64,000 nt of DNA from an uncultured Gemmatimonadaceae bacterium. Its GTDB lineage: Bacteria > Gemmatimonadota > Gemmatimonadetes > Gemmatimonadales > Gemmatimonadaceae. The notes under the pieces are model-generated. The model did no database searches and was not told where the DNA came from. It was given only the letters and a program-made list of their open reading frames with translations. This document shows positions 50,475 through 59,954 of this stretch, piece after piece; position 1 is the first letter of the stretch; every line of letters starts with the position of its first letter. The DNA lies in NCBI GenBank assembly GCA_963781585.1, contig CAWAGQ010000005.1, positions 224,001-288,000 on the forward strand. The letters run 5' to 3'. Position numbers and translations under genes: made by a program.

Positions 50475-52058
50475 ATGCGCCGGATCCGGAAAGTCGCGCT
50501 CGCGGGCGTTGTCCTTGTTCCGCTCCTTGCAGGCGCCTTCGTTGTCCAGGAACGGTCCTCCCGTGAAGGAGGGCGTCTCTTCAGCCAGGTCCTTGATCTG
50601 GTTTCGAACAAGTTCGTCGACTCAGTGAACGATGGGGATCTCTACGAAAAGGCCGCGCGCGGTCTCGTCGAACAGTTGCAGGACCCCTATTCGGAGCTGA
50701 TGTCGCCGAAACAGCTCCAGCAATTCAATACCACGACCGCCGGTCGCTACGGCGGGCTGGGCATGCGGATCGAGGAGCAGGCCGGCAAGGGCGTCATCGT
50801 GTCACAGGTCTTCCCCAATACCCCTGCGGAGAACGCGGGTATTCGTGAGGGCGACCAGATCGTGGCGGTCGACTCCCTGTCCACACGCGGCTGGAACTCG
50901 CGCCGCATCTCGGATTCGCTGACCGGCGCGCCAGGGACCAAGGTTTCCGCCAGCTTCGCCCGGCCCGGCGTCCCTGAGCCTATCAAGGCGACGTTTACGC
51001 GCGCCCTGATCCATGTTCCGGCGGTCCCCTACGCCATCGTTCTGGATGGCGGCGTTGGCTACGTCCCGCTCCAGGGATTCATGGAGACCGCGACTACCGA
51101 GATGGCGACGGCCGTCCGGAATCTGGAGACGCAAAACGTCAAGGGACTGATCATCGATCTCCGCGGCAATCCAGGTGGGTTTCTCGAGCAGGCGCTCGCG
51201 ATCAGCAATCTCTTCCTCAAGGAAGGCACGGAGATCGCCAGCGTGCGCGGACGAAACATGGACCCGCAGACGTATTTCGCGCGCGAACGGCCGCTCGCCG
51301 CAACGCTACCGTTGGTCATTCTGACCGACCAGTACACCGCCTCAGCGTCCGAAATAGTCGCCGGTGCCCTCCAGGATCATGATCGAGCCGTCATTGTTGG
51401 AACGACGTCATTCGGGAAGGGACTCGTGCAGAGCCTTTTCTCGCTCGACGGTGGCTACGCGCTCAAGATGACCACGGCGAAGTGGTATACGCCGAGTGGT
51501 CGCTCAATCCAGAAGGAACGCCGCCTCAACGAGGATGGCATTCTGGTCGAGGTCCACCCTGATTCGCTGGAATCGGATTCTGCGCGCAAGGCGCGACCCG
51601 TCTTCCATTCGGACGACGGCCGTGTCGTATACGGAGGTGGCGCCATAACGCCGGACCTGGTGGTACAACCCGATACGTTCAGCACCGCCGAGCAGGAGTT
51701 TCGTAAGGTCACAGCGGCAAAATGGCCCGACATCTACAGCGTTATCTACGACTACGCGCTCGAACTGAAGCCGACGGTTTCACGCGACTTTGTCGTGAAG
51801 GCAGCCTGGCGTGAAGAGCTCTACCAGCGACTGCACAAGCAGGGGATCGAGATCGACAAGAAGCTCTACGATGGCGCGGCTCGGTACATCGACGACTACC
51901 TGGAACAGCGCATCACCCGGTTCGCGTTCGGGGACTCCACCGCCAGACGGCGAAGTCTCCACGACGACCCGCAGATGCGTCGTGCCCTGGACCTTCTGCA
52001 GCACGGCCAGTCGCAGAAGGAACTGTTCGCGCTCGTGGCTGCCAACAAGCCGCGTTAG
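50475..52058 (+). CDS. ctpA: S41 family C-terminal processing protease (PDZ)
   Basis: LQDPYS, GGLG PDZ loop, IDLRGNPGG, TASASEIVAGALQD, SFGKG, TTAKWYTPSGRSI. Confidence 0.95.
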   Translation: MRRIRKVALAGVVLVPLLAGAFVVQERSSREGGRLFSQVLDLVSNKFVDSVNDGDLYEKAARGLVEQLQDPYSELMSPKQLQQFNTTTAGRYGGLGMRIEEQAGKGVIVSQVFPNTPAENAGIREGDQIVAVDSLSTRGWNSRRISDSLTGAPGTKVSASFARPGVPEPIKATFTRALIHVPAVPYAIVLDGGVGYVPLQGFMETATTEMATAVRNLETQNVKGLIIDLRGNPGGFLEQALAISNLFLKEGTEIASVRGRNMDPQTYFARERPLAATLPLVILTDQYTASASEIVAGALQDHDRAVIVGTTSFGKGLVQSLFSLDGGYALKMTTAKWYTPSGRSIQKERRLNEDGILVEVHPDSLESDSARKARPVFHSDDGRVVYGGGAITPDLVVQPDTFSTAEQEFRKVTAAKWPDIYSVIYDYALELKPTVSRDFVVKAAWREELYQRLHKQGIEIDKKLYDGAARYIDDYLEQRITRFAFGDSTARRRSLHDDPQMRRALDLLQHGQSQKELFALVAANKPR

Positions 52059-52069
52059 ATTCTCGAGGC

Positions 52070-53116
52070 ATGAGAACCCTGTTCTACGGCGCCGCCACGG
52101 CTCTTGTGGCGGCGCTCTCATCTGCACGGGCGCAGACGCCTGTAGCCATCACGCCCGAGCAGGCGGAGCGCCACCTCACGAACGTCATGCGGTTGACGGC
52201 CGAGGGCGAAAACGCGGAAGCGTATTTCAGCCACGACGGCCAGTGGATCACCTTCCAGACAACCCGCGACGGCTACGACTGTGACCAGCAGTACGTGATG
52301 CGCATCGACGGCACAGGGCTGCATCGCATCTCCAACCGCCGCGGCAAGACCACGTGTGGCTGGTTCTTCCCCGGTGACGGACGGCTCTTTTTCGCCTCGT
52401 CGCAGGCATACGACAGCGCCTGCCCACCCCGACCCGACCCCTCGAAGGGGTACGTCTGGGGGCTGGACCGGTACGATATCTACACGGTCAATCGCGACGG
52501 TACCGATTTGCGACGACTCACCAACTACGGCGTTTACACGGCCGAGGGCGTGCTCTCTCCTGATGGCCGGCGGATTGTCTTCACGTCGCTGAAGGATGGC
52601 GACCTTGAGATTTACACGATGAACGTCGACGGTACCGACGTCCGGCGCCTAACGAACGCTGCCGGATACGACGGCGGGCCATGGTGGTCGCCCGATGGCA
52701 CCAAGATCGCATATCGCGCCTACCACCCCAGCGATCCTGCCGAACTCGCGGACTATCAGAGCCTGCTCGAGCAGCGTCTCGTCCGGCCGACCAAGATGGA
52801 ACTCTGGGTGATGAATGCCGATGGATCCAACCAGCACCAGATCACTCACCTCGGCGGAGCAAACTTCGGTCCCTCGTGGACGCCAGACGGCAAACGTATC
52901 ATCTTCTCCTCAAACTACAGAAACCCCAAGAGCCGGAATTTCGATCTGTACCTGGTCAACCTCGACGGCACAGGTCTCGAACAAATCACCACACATCCGG
53001 AGTTCGACGGCTTTCCGATGTTCAGCCCGGACGGAAGGAAGCTCATCTGGGCCTCCAATCGAGACGCCGCGAAGGAAGGGGAAACCAACCTCCTGATCGC
53101 CGACTGGAAGAACTAG
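52070..53116 (+). CDS. TolB-like PD40 (WD40-like) repeat protein, exported
   Basis: Signal peptide, GENAEAYFS, repeated SPDG..I.F.S...IY.MN.DGT..RRLT units. Confidence 0.88.
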   Translation: MRTLFYGAATALVAALSSARAQTPVAITPEQAERHLTNVMRLTAEGENAEAYFSHDGQWITFQTTRDGYDCDQQYVMRIDGTGLHRISNRRGKTTCGWFFPGDGRLFFASSQAYDSACPPRPDPSKGYVWGLDRYDIYTVNRDGTDLRRLTNYGVYTAEGVLSPDGRRIVFTSLKDGDLEIYTMNVDGTDVRRLTNAAGYDGGPWWSPDGTKIAYRAYHPSDPAELADYQSLLEQRLVRPTKMELWVMNADGSNQHQITHLGGANFGPSWTPDGKRIIFSSNYRNPKSRNFDLYLVNLDGTGLEQITTHPEFDGFPMFSPDGRKLIWASNRDAAKEGETNLLIADWKN

Positions 53117-53169
53117 CTCCTGCACAACTCCTTCGGCGTATCCCCCCTTCCCGCCTGTCGCTCGGAACC

Positions 53170-53710
53170 GCACAAGCTACTCCCGCCCTCCGGGATTCCA
53201 TTCGTCGAACGACCGCGATCGCTTGACGTTCGATACATGCAGACCGACATCTCGGGCCTCCGTCGCATTACGACCGGGTCCACCTCACGAATCGACTTGC
53301 GTGAGCAAGTGCTCAACTTTCCGAGTCAACCGGTCATCACCAAGGACAACGTCACCATCGGCATCGATGCGGTGTTGTACTACCGGGTTACTGATCCACA
53401 AAGCGAGGCTGGCAAGAGGGCCGCAATTCTGGAAGCCGAGGGCATCCGAGGGTGAGCGGGAAGCCGCCATACTGCGGGCACAGGGGCAGGCGGAAGCTCG
53501 CCTGGCTACCGCCCAGGCAGAAGCCGAGGCCATTCGTCGTATCGACGGCGCCCTCCCTGAAGGACAGGCAGCAACGTATCTGAGTGGCCAGAAGTACCTG
53601 GATGCCCTTCCCGCTCTCTCGCAGGGTAAGGGCTCCACTATCCTCTCTTCCTGCCGAAGCATCGGGCGTCATGGGGGCACTTGGCGGTCTCCGCGAGCTG
53701 GCTCCGCGCC
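53170..53710 (+). pseudogene. SPFH/band 7 (stomatin/QmcA-like) gene remnant
   Basis: IPFVE...IDLREQV.NFPSQPVITKDNV...DAVLYY is joined directly to KRAAILEAEG. It then shifts frame to EREAAILRAQGQAEA...KYLDAL and again to LPAEASGVMGALG. The N-terminal TM and SPFH core are missing. Confidence 0.8.
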
Positions 53711-54143
53711 GCTGGGCACGAGGCCACGGGCGGCGCCCCGACGGGCACAGCCACGAGGTCGCCCAACTCGGGTCCAGGCTCACAGAGCACATCCGTTCAG
53801 GGAAAGGCGACGGAATGATCGGAAGGTGTCCGGTGTCACCGCGCACGACACGGAGTTGTGGTAATTGGTTGCGCTCGGTACCACAACGTTGGCGCTTGAA
53901 TGCGCGTTATGAACGCGGCCGCCTCTTACACATACGGTTCGATGCGCATTGCCTCTCAACGTGGGGCAAGGTGTTTGCTGCGGCCGAGTCGGAGGGAGCC
54001 GCCAATCGGCTCGCACAGCTCCATGAATCGTCACGGCCGGTGGTACTGTGCCGAACTTGGAGATGTGACCTTTGGTGGTTACTTTTCAGGTGGCCTCGGT
54101 TCCCCAGCGGGGAAACGTCGGCTGCACCATCCAAGGAGGCCTA

Positions 54144-54353
54144 ATGCGCAAACCCCGTCCGGCGACCTACAATCCCGCACAAGCCCTGCATCTGATCGCC
54201 AGCGACAGGAATGGCGCTCCGCTCAGCTGTCCATCGTGCGCGGGCGCGATCGAACGCTCCCCTGCACTCGTGCCGCCACCGCCGCGTTCGCACGTGACAC
54301 TGCGCTGCACTTCCTGTGGGCGGGTGGCCCGCTACATCGCCGGCGCTGCCTAG
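54144..54353 (+). CDS. Small (69 aa) zinc-ribbon protein
   Basis: Perfect AAGGAGG RBS; CPSC and CTSC pairs. Confidence 0.75.
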   Translation: MRKPRPATYNPAQALHLIASDRNGAPLSCPSCAGAIERSPALVPPPPRSHVTLRCTSCGRVARYIAGAA

Positions 54354-54569
54354 CGGTTTCTGCGACCATCAGCTCGTGCGTCAGTTCAGTACCTCCAGGA
54401 AGGTCCGCTCCCGCCATGGCAATGTCGGGAGCGGCTCTCGTATGGGGGCCGTCACCCTGAGGTAGGTCCGCACCCCCATGATTCACATCCGCCGCACTCG
54501 CCTCGGGCGCTTGGATGTGGTGGACGTACTACCCGTCAGCCCCGGCAGGGGGAAGAGAGGAACGGTTGC

Positions 54570-54776
54570 ATGACACGCATCAGCGGCACAGTGAAATGGT
54601 TCAACGATGCCAAGGGGTTTGGCTTCATCTCACGTGAGGGCGGGCCGGATGTTTTCGTCCATTTCAGCGCGATCCAGATGCCCGGCTTCAAGTCGCTTGC
54701 TGAGGGCGACCGGGTCGAATTTGAAATCGTCCAGGGACAGAAGGGACCACAGGCCTCGGACGTCGTGAAGGTGTAG
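54570..54776 (+). CDS. Cold-shock protein (CspA family)
   Basis: [26 protein letters not shown]. Confidence 0.97.
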   Translation: MTRISGTVKWFNDAKGFGFISREGGPDVFVHFSAIQMPGFKSLAEGDRVEFEIVQGQKGPQASDVVKV

Positions 54777-54794
54777 CTGCGCGTTCGCCAGAAT

Positions 54795-54836
54795 AGCGCC
54801 CCTGGGACCCGAGCGGTCCCGGGGGCGCTTGCTTTC
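54795..54836 (+). terminator. Rho-independent terminator after the csp gene
   Basis: AGCGCCCCTGGGACC / GGTCCCGGGGGCGCT stem followed by TGCTTTC. Confidence 0.8.
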
Positions 54837-55171
54837 TCGCACGCTCGCCTCAAGAACCCGGTCACTCTTGTGACTCTGAAGGCCGGTGAATAACTGACCA
54901 ACTATCATACGATGGTTACTGCGGCTCGGCCGATAATTCTGGATCGGTGGAGTCCGCGATCTCCCCTCGCGAACGGTGCTCACTGCGGCTCCGCTCGGCC
55001 TGCCCGCTTGTCCCTCAGGGAGGCTGGAGTGAGCAGCGGAACCCTTCGAAGAACCGGGTGGAGGCGAGCGAAGCACGTAACGAACTCGCTAACTGGGTCG
55101 TCACGTATTCGGTCGCAAACGGGTCTCGTCCCTCGCGCTCCCCACTCTTGCCCACAAACAGCCCCCCTGAG

Positions 55172-55456
55172 ATGCAGGGTCGCAGAATCCTCTACCGGCG
55201 CGAGCTTCCGGGCGGAGGATACGTCAACGTGCACGAAGAGCCCGTAGCAGCCGGCGAACCACATCGGGCCTACGTCTCCGTGGAGCGTCGATCAGACCCC
55301 GAGCGGCGCGACGGCCACCCCGCACCCGTCATCGCCTCGGCCGAGGGCGCGTCGACTCACACCGTGTTCCGCCAGCTTCTCGAGATCGCTTCGGATAATG
55401 TGGCCATTGCGCGCGCATTGCTGCACTGGCAGTCCGATGGGAGAGCGCGGTTCTAG
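55172..55456 (+). CDS. Hypothetical protein (94 aa)
   Basis: GC3-biased codons from ATG 55172 and a globular-looking sequence (RRELPGGGYV...VERRSDPERR...DNVAIARAL). Confidence 0.65.
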   Translation: MQGRRILYRRELPGGGYVNVHEEPVAAGEPHRAYVSVERRSDPERRDGHPAPVIASAEGASTHTVFRQLLEIASDNVAIARALLHWQSDGRARF

Positions 55457-55599
55457 GGGGCACTGCCGGCTGTGAGGAACAACTCCGCACACTAGGCTGT
55501 CTTCAGGACCGCGTCGGACCTCCGAATGCATCACGGCTGGGGTGCCGTGGCGCCGAATGATGCCCGGTCAGCCTCGGCCCCGGATCGCGCTCGAGAGTG

Positions 55600-55917
55600 T
55601 CAGCCGGCACCGGAGTGCGCCGTCTCACGTTCAAGGGGAAGGTCCATCTGTCGCATTTCGTTGCCTGGCCCGGCTGGCGCTCGGCGACGGGTTGCGGGAT
55701 CGCTGGAGACTCCCAGCAGGTGGGCAGTCTGGTGGTACAGATGAAGGGCATGCAGCGGGGCGACGAAGGTGCGCCGCTGACCGTCGGCGATTGCGACCGC
55801 TTCGTCCCGGACGGCTCGGGGCAGGGCGCGCGATAGCGGATGCGCGAGGAGCGCACGAATGCGCTCGCCATTGCGCGCGATGAGAGCACCGCAGAGTGAG
55901 TCGAGGAAGGCGAGCAC
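55600..55917 (-). CDS. Hypothetical helical protein (105 aa), putative NrtR target
   Basis: GGAGG RBS 4 nt before GTG 55917, amphipathic helical sequence, operator-like site just upstream. Confidence 0.7.
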   Translation of the reverse strand: MLAFLDSLCGALIARNGERIRALLAHPLSRALPRAVRDEAVAIADGQRRTFVAPLHALHLYHQTAHLLGVSSDPATRRRAPAGPGNEMRQMDLPLERETAHSGAG

Positions 55918-55939
55918 GGCGCCTCCGGGGCTTTTTATG

Positions 55940-55960
55940 TAATTGACATCTTGCAACTAA
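55940..55960. promoter_or_regulatory. Putative NrtR-type 21-bp operator
   Basis: TAATTGACATCTTGCAACTAA, an AT-rich pseudo-palindrome sharing ACATCTTG(C/A)AACT with the site at 56871. Confidence 0.65.
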
Positions 55961-56164
55961 ATATAACGACCGCCACGCAGTCCAGAATGTCACTGGAACC
56001 CCGCCACGCCGTCGCAATTTCCCACGCACGCAGTCTGCAGGGGGATCGTCACACCGGCGTCACGCGCCCGCAACGGCTGCGCCTAGATACCGCCGCCTGC
56101 GGGTCGCCGTTCCACACCGACGCCAGCCTCAGGCCGGCACTCGGGTCCGACCCCCCGCATTCCT

Positions 56165-56860
56165 TTACAGGAGGTCCAACCGAACACCTCGGGGTCGCCG
56201 ACGGCGACGGCGCGGGGCATACCGAAACAGCTGCGCGGGCCGTCCGCGGCCCTCGCTTCGCCATTCGTCGATCGGCTCCACAAGCCACGCCGCGTGCAGC
56301 GCGCGCCGGAAACTCGCCTTGTGCACCGGCCGCCCCAGCAACAGTTCGTACACCTGCTGCAAGTCGCTCAGTGTGAATCGGGCAGGAAGGAGTCGGAACG
56401 GGATCGGCACGTAGTCCATGCGCTGCCGCAGCGCGTCCAGCGCGGCACGGACCATCGCCTCCTGGCGCACACCGAGTGCAGGCAGATCATCGCTGTCCTT
56501 CCAGCCTGCAGAGCGCGCGATCTGCTGATTCGCCCCGGACGGAGTCACCGATACGAAACACACCGACAACGACGCACCGCTGGGATGGGTCGCCGTTTCC
56601 GCAAACGCCCCCACCTGCTCCATCCACGCCGCGTCCAGTCCGGCCACCGCTCTGGTGATGCGCCGCGCTGCGGCATCGAGCGCCTCGTGGGCTTGCGGAA
56701 CTGCCCAGGGAATCTCCCAGGTCCTCCGCCCGCGCGGGCCGGGCGCCTCAACGCAGAGCACCCCGAGCTTCCCCAGATGGGGCGTCACGACCACGACGTC
56801 CACCGTGTACCACGATTGGCGCCCAGGTGCACGATGCGAAAGAGCAGGCCGGTCGCGCAT
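56165..56860 (-). CDS. nrtR: NrtR-like regulator (degenerate Nudix domain + winged HTH)
   Basis: TVDVVV, EQVGAF, C-terminal LLPARFTLSDLQQVYE.LLG..V.K.SFRR...GRPAQLFRY wHTH. The Nudix box has lost its glutamates. Confidence 0.88.
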   Translation of the reverse strand: MRDRPALSHRAPGRQSWYTVDVVVVTPHLGKLGVLCVEAPGPRGRRTWEIPWAVPQAHEALDAAARRITRAVAGLDAAWMEQVGAFAETATHPSGASLSVCFVSVTPSGANQQIARSAGWKDSDDLPALGVRQEAMVRAALDALRQRMDYVPIPFRLLPARFTLSDLQQVYELLLGRPVHKASFRRALHAAWLVEPIDEWRSEGRGRPAQLFRYAPRRRRRRPRGVRLDLL

Positions 56861-56870
56861 GTCGCGCGAA

Positions 56871-56897
56871 TTAGTCACATCTTGAAACTTATGTCAA
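56871..56897 (-). promoter_or_regulatory. nrtR promoter (-35 TTGACA) with overlapping 21-bp autoregulatory operator
   Basis: TTAGTCACATCTTGAAACTTA at 56871-56891. TTGACA on the minus strand at 56897-56892 directly abuts it, about 30 bp from ATG 56860. Confidence 0.65.
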
Positions 56898-56984
56898 GTC
56901 CGCCCTCAGCACCGACCATCCGATGGCCGACGTCCACCTCGATCGCCGCGCGCGGATAGTACGGCGCACCCAGGCCAGCGTCAA

Positions 56985-58832
56985 TCACGGCGACGGACCT
57001 GTGCGTCTTGCCCGTGTCAGCCCCGCACCTCGTGTCAGGTAGGGAGGAATTGAAACCGGAAGATGGGCGCTGATCGGCGTGATTCCCAGGAGGGCGCGCG
57101 CCGCTGCCCGCTGCGTCGCGTTCATCCCTCCCCAGGCCACTAGATAGCTGGAAACAGACGGCGCCTGCGACAGCAGATATGGTGTGCCGAAGGAGACGAG
57201 AACCACCGGCAGCGCACGCGATTGAAGCCGATCGAGAAGCAGGGCAAAGCTGCTCGGTGCGCTCGACGTTACACTGCTCGAACTGATGTTTACGTAGCTC
57301 CCGAGCACAACGACGTCCACGCTGTCTGCGCTCGCTATCACGGAATCCAGGTCCGGTACAGCCTCATCCGCGTCGACGAACGCGGTTCGAACCCGTACTC
57401 CCCCTTGTCGCAGCTCGACGTTGAAGACTACACCCGCTCCCAGATCACTACGGCGGGCGTACGTGACCGACAGGACTCGACGCGGTGGGACACTTCCGAC
57501 GAGCGGCACCAGGTCCAGCGAGTCCTTCGCCAGCACCACCGCCCGCTCCGCAATGCGGTCCGCCAGAGCAACGTGCCCCGAATCACCCACGACCGTCCGG
57601 ACGCTGTCCACATCCACCAGACGCGTTCGTTGCAGCCCAAGCTTCGCTTTCATCGTCAGCAGACGACGCGCCGACGCGTCGATCCGCTGCGCAGTGTAGC
57701 GCCCCTCTTGCACGCCGGCCACAACCGCATCGATGGTGCCCCGGATATCCGACGGCATCAGCAGGACGTCAGCCCCCGCCGCGACAGCCCTCTTTGCCGC
57801 CTCGAAAGCGCCAAACTGCGAGACAACTCCGGCCATGTCCATTGCGTCCGTCACAAGCAGTCCTTGAAACCCGAGTTCCTTGCGCAACAGGTCCGTCATG
57901 ACGCGCGACGAAAGGGTGGCCGGTACGCCGCTGGAATCGAGTGCCGGGAGAAACCCGTGGAAAGTCATGATCGCACCGACATGTGCATCGATGGCGGCAC
58001 GGAAGGGAGGCAGCTCCACGCTGTCGAGTCGCGCCCGGCTGGCGGTTACCACCGCGAGCGCGAGATGGGAATTCGTCTCCGTGTCGCCGTGGCCTGGGAA
58101 GTGCTTTCCTGTCGCGATCACGCCGTGGTCCTGCAGTCCACGCACGTATGCGGCCCCGAGCCGCGCCGTTACCAGAGGATCTTCGGAGAACGAGCGAGCC
58201 CCGATGACCGGGTTCGCGGGATTGTTGTTGACGTCGAGATCGGGGCCGAAGGCTATGTGGATTCCGAGCGCCCTCGCCTCCCGAGCGGTGGCGCTGGCCT
58301 CCTCGTACACCAACGCCGAGTCGCCCACTGCGCCCAGCGCCATCTGGAGGGGAAACGTCGTGGCACCGCCCAGCTCGATGGCGTTCGGCACGAAGAAACC
58401 GCCGCGAGCACGGAATCCCGCGCCGGTCTCCAGATCCGCGCCAACCAGCAGGGGCAGCCGACTCGCCCGCTGCAGTGCATTGAGTTTCACCGCGATATCG
58501 AGGGGTGACCCGACCGAGATAATCACACCGCCGACATGTTCCTCTTCCATCAGCTGCGTGATGCGGCGCCATTCACGAGAGTCCTGGGCCACGTAGTCTC
58601 CAAGAACCCAGGGCCACACCAGCTGCGCCACGCGGTCGCGGAGTGAAAGCGTGGCCAGCACCGAATCGGCCCACGCCGAGGCTGATTCCGTCCTCTCAAC
58701 AGCACCGGGCAGATCGACACCCGCTCCTGTTGCGATCGGCGTCCTGCAGCCAATCACTGCGAGTGCAGCAAACGGCACCAGGCGCCATCGGATGGGCGAC
58801 TGTCCGCTGCTCGAGGAACGGGCTTCAGTCAT
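56985..58832 (-). CDS. nagZ: GH3 beta-N-acetylglucosaminidase-like lipoprotein
   Basis: Lipobox AVIGC, ADLETG, P..DVNNNP.NPVIG.RSF, KHFPGHG, VTDAMDM, C-terminal GH3 domain. Confidence 0.9.
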   Translation of the reverse strand: MTEARSSSSGQSPIRWRLVPFAALAVIGCRTPIATGAGVDLPGAVERTESASAWADSVLATLSLRDRVAQLVWPWVLGDYVAQDSREWRRITQLMEEEHVGGVIISVGSPLDIAVKLNALQRASRLPLLVGADLETGAGFRARGGFFVPNAIELGGATTFPLQMALGAVGDSALVYEEASATAREARALGIHIAFGPDLDVNNNPANPVIGARSFSEDPLVTARLGAAYVRGLQDHGVIATGKHFPGHGDTETNSHLALAVVTASRARLDSVELPPFRAAIDAHVGAIMTFHGFLPALDSSGVPATLSSRVMTDLLRKELGFQGLLVTDAMDMAGVVSQFGAFEAAKRAVAAGADVLLMPSDIRGTIDAVVAGVQEGRYTAQRIDASARRLLTMKAKLGLQRTRLVDVDSVRTVVGDSGHVALADRIAERAVVLAKDSLDLVPLVGSVPPRRVLSVTYARRSDLGAGVVFNVELRQGGVRVRTAFVDADEAVPDLDSVIASADSVDVVVLGSYVNISSSSVTSSAPSSFALLLDRLQSRALPVVLVSFGTPYLLSQAPSVSSYLVAWGGMNATQRAAARALLGITPISAHLPVSIPPYLTRGAGLTRARRTGPSP

Positions 58833-58841
58833 GGCCGGATT

Positions 58842-59120
58842 TCACCAGCTGATGGTGCCCTTCTTGCTGGTGTCGACGTCTTCCCCCGATCCACTCTTGA
58901 ACAGGAAAGCCTGGAGGTTGCGCGTCAGGAAGGCCCGTGCCTGCGGATCCATCACATTGAGTCCGTAGTGGTTGATCAGCATGGTCTGCTGCCGCAACCA
59001 ATCTCCCCAACATTGCTGACAGATTTCGGCGACGATGCGAGCCCCTATCTGACCGGGGAAGGGCGGGCGCTCAAAGCCCGCGCGCGTCTGCCCGCAATGC
59101 GAGCAAGTGACTTCCGGCAT
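58842..59120 (-). CDS. yggX: Fe(II)-trafficking / oxidative damage protection protein
   Basis: PFPG..G.RI...ICQQCW..WL..QTMLIN.YGLN..DP..R.FL pattern. Confidence 0.88.
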   Translation of the reverse strand: MPEVTCSHCGQTRAGFERPPFPGQIGARIVAEICQQCWGDWLRQQTMLINHYGLNVMDPQARAFLTRNLQAFLFKSGSGEDVDTSKKGTISW

Positions 59121-59177
59121 GCCAGCCTCTGTTCTTCAGCGAGACAATTCGTCCGGCAACTCCGATACAACAAGATG

Positions 59178-59954
59178 TCAAGTCACCGGCTGCTGCCGCC
59201 GCCGGCTCGACCCGGCGTGAAGTATCTGCGCGAGGCCCAGCACCGAGAGCGCCCGGAGATACAGCCAGCCCACATCGAACTCGAACCATCGAGCCGCGAA
59301 ACGCGCTGATCGGGGGTCGGCGTGGTGGTTGTTGTGCAGCTCCTCACCGCCGAGCCAGATAGCAATCGGAGCGATGTTCCGGCTCTCGTCCTTGAGCTGG
59401 AAGTTCCGGTATCCCACGGCATGGCCGAATCCGTTGATCACGCCCGCCGCCCAGAACGGAATCCAGATCATTTGAATGCCCCAGACGACGCCCCCGATCA
59501 GAATTCCGAACAGGTATACATCGGCGGCCAGCATCACGATGACCCCAAGCCAGTTGAGCCTCGTAAACACATTCCGCTCGAGCCAGTCGTTGGGAGTTCC
59601 GCGACCGTACTTCTCGAGAATCCCCGGCTGGCGCACCGTGCGTCGATAGTAGAACGCCCCCTTCAGGACGATGTTCCGCAGGCCTTCGAGCAGAGGACTG
59701 TGCGGATCTCCTTCACGATCCGCGAAAGCATGGTGCTTTCGATGGCAGGCCACCCACTCCTTGGTCACGATGGCAGTAGTGAGCCATAGCCAGACCCGCA
59801 TCGGCACGGCGGCAAGCCACCGGAGCCTCACGGCACGATGCGTCTGAGAACGATGCAGAAAAAGCGTAACGCACACGTTCGTGAGATGACCCGCGATGAC
59901 GATGAAGACGACTGGCTTCCACCACGAGGCCGACCAGCTGCCAAACTCTGGCAT
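59178..59954 (-). CDS. Delta-9-type fatty acid desaturase
   Basis: His boxes HRSQTH, HRKHH (DPHSP) and HNNHH; GVINGFGH; EFDVGW. Confidence 0.92.
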   Translation of the reverse strand: MPEFGSWSASWWKPVVFIVIAGHLTNVCVTLFLHRSQTHRAVRLRWLAAVPMRVWLWLTTAIVTKEWVACHRKHHAFADREGDPHSPLLEGLRNIVLKGAFYYRRTVRQPGILEKYGRGTPNDWLERNVFTRLNWLGVIVMLAADVYLFGILIGGVVWGIQMIWIPFWAAGVINGFGHAVGYRNFQLKDESRNIAPIAIWLGGEELHNNHHADPRSARFAARWFEFDVGWLYLRALSVLGLAQILHAGSSRRRQQPVT

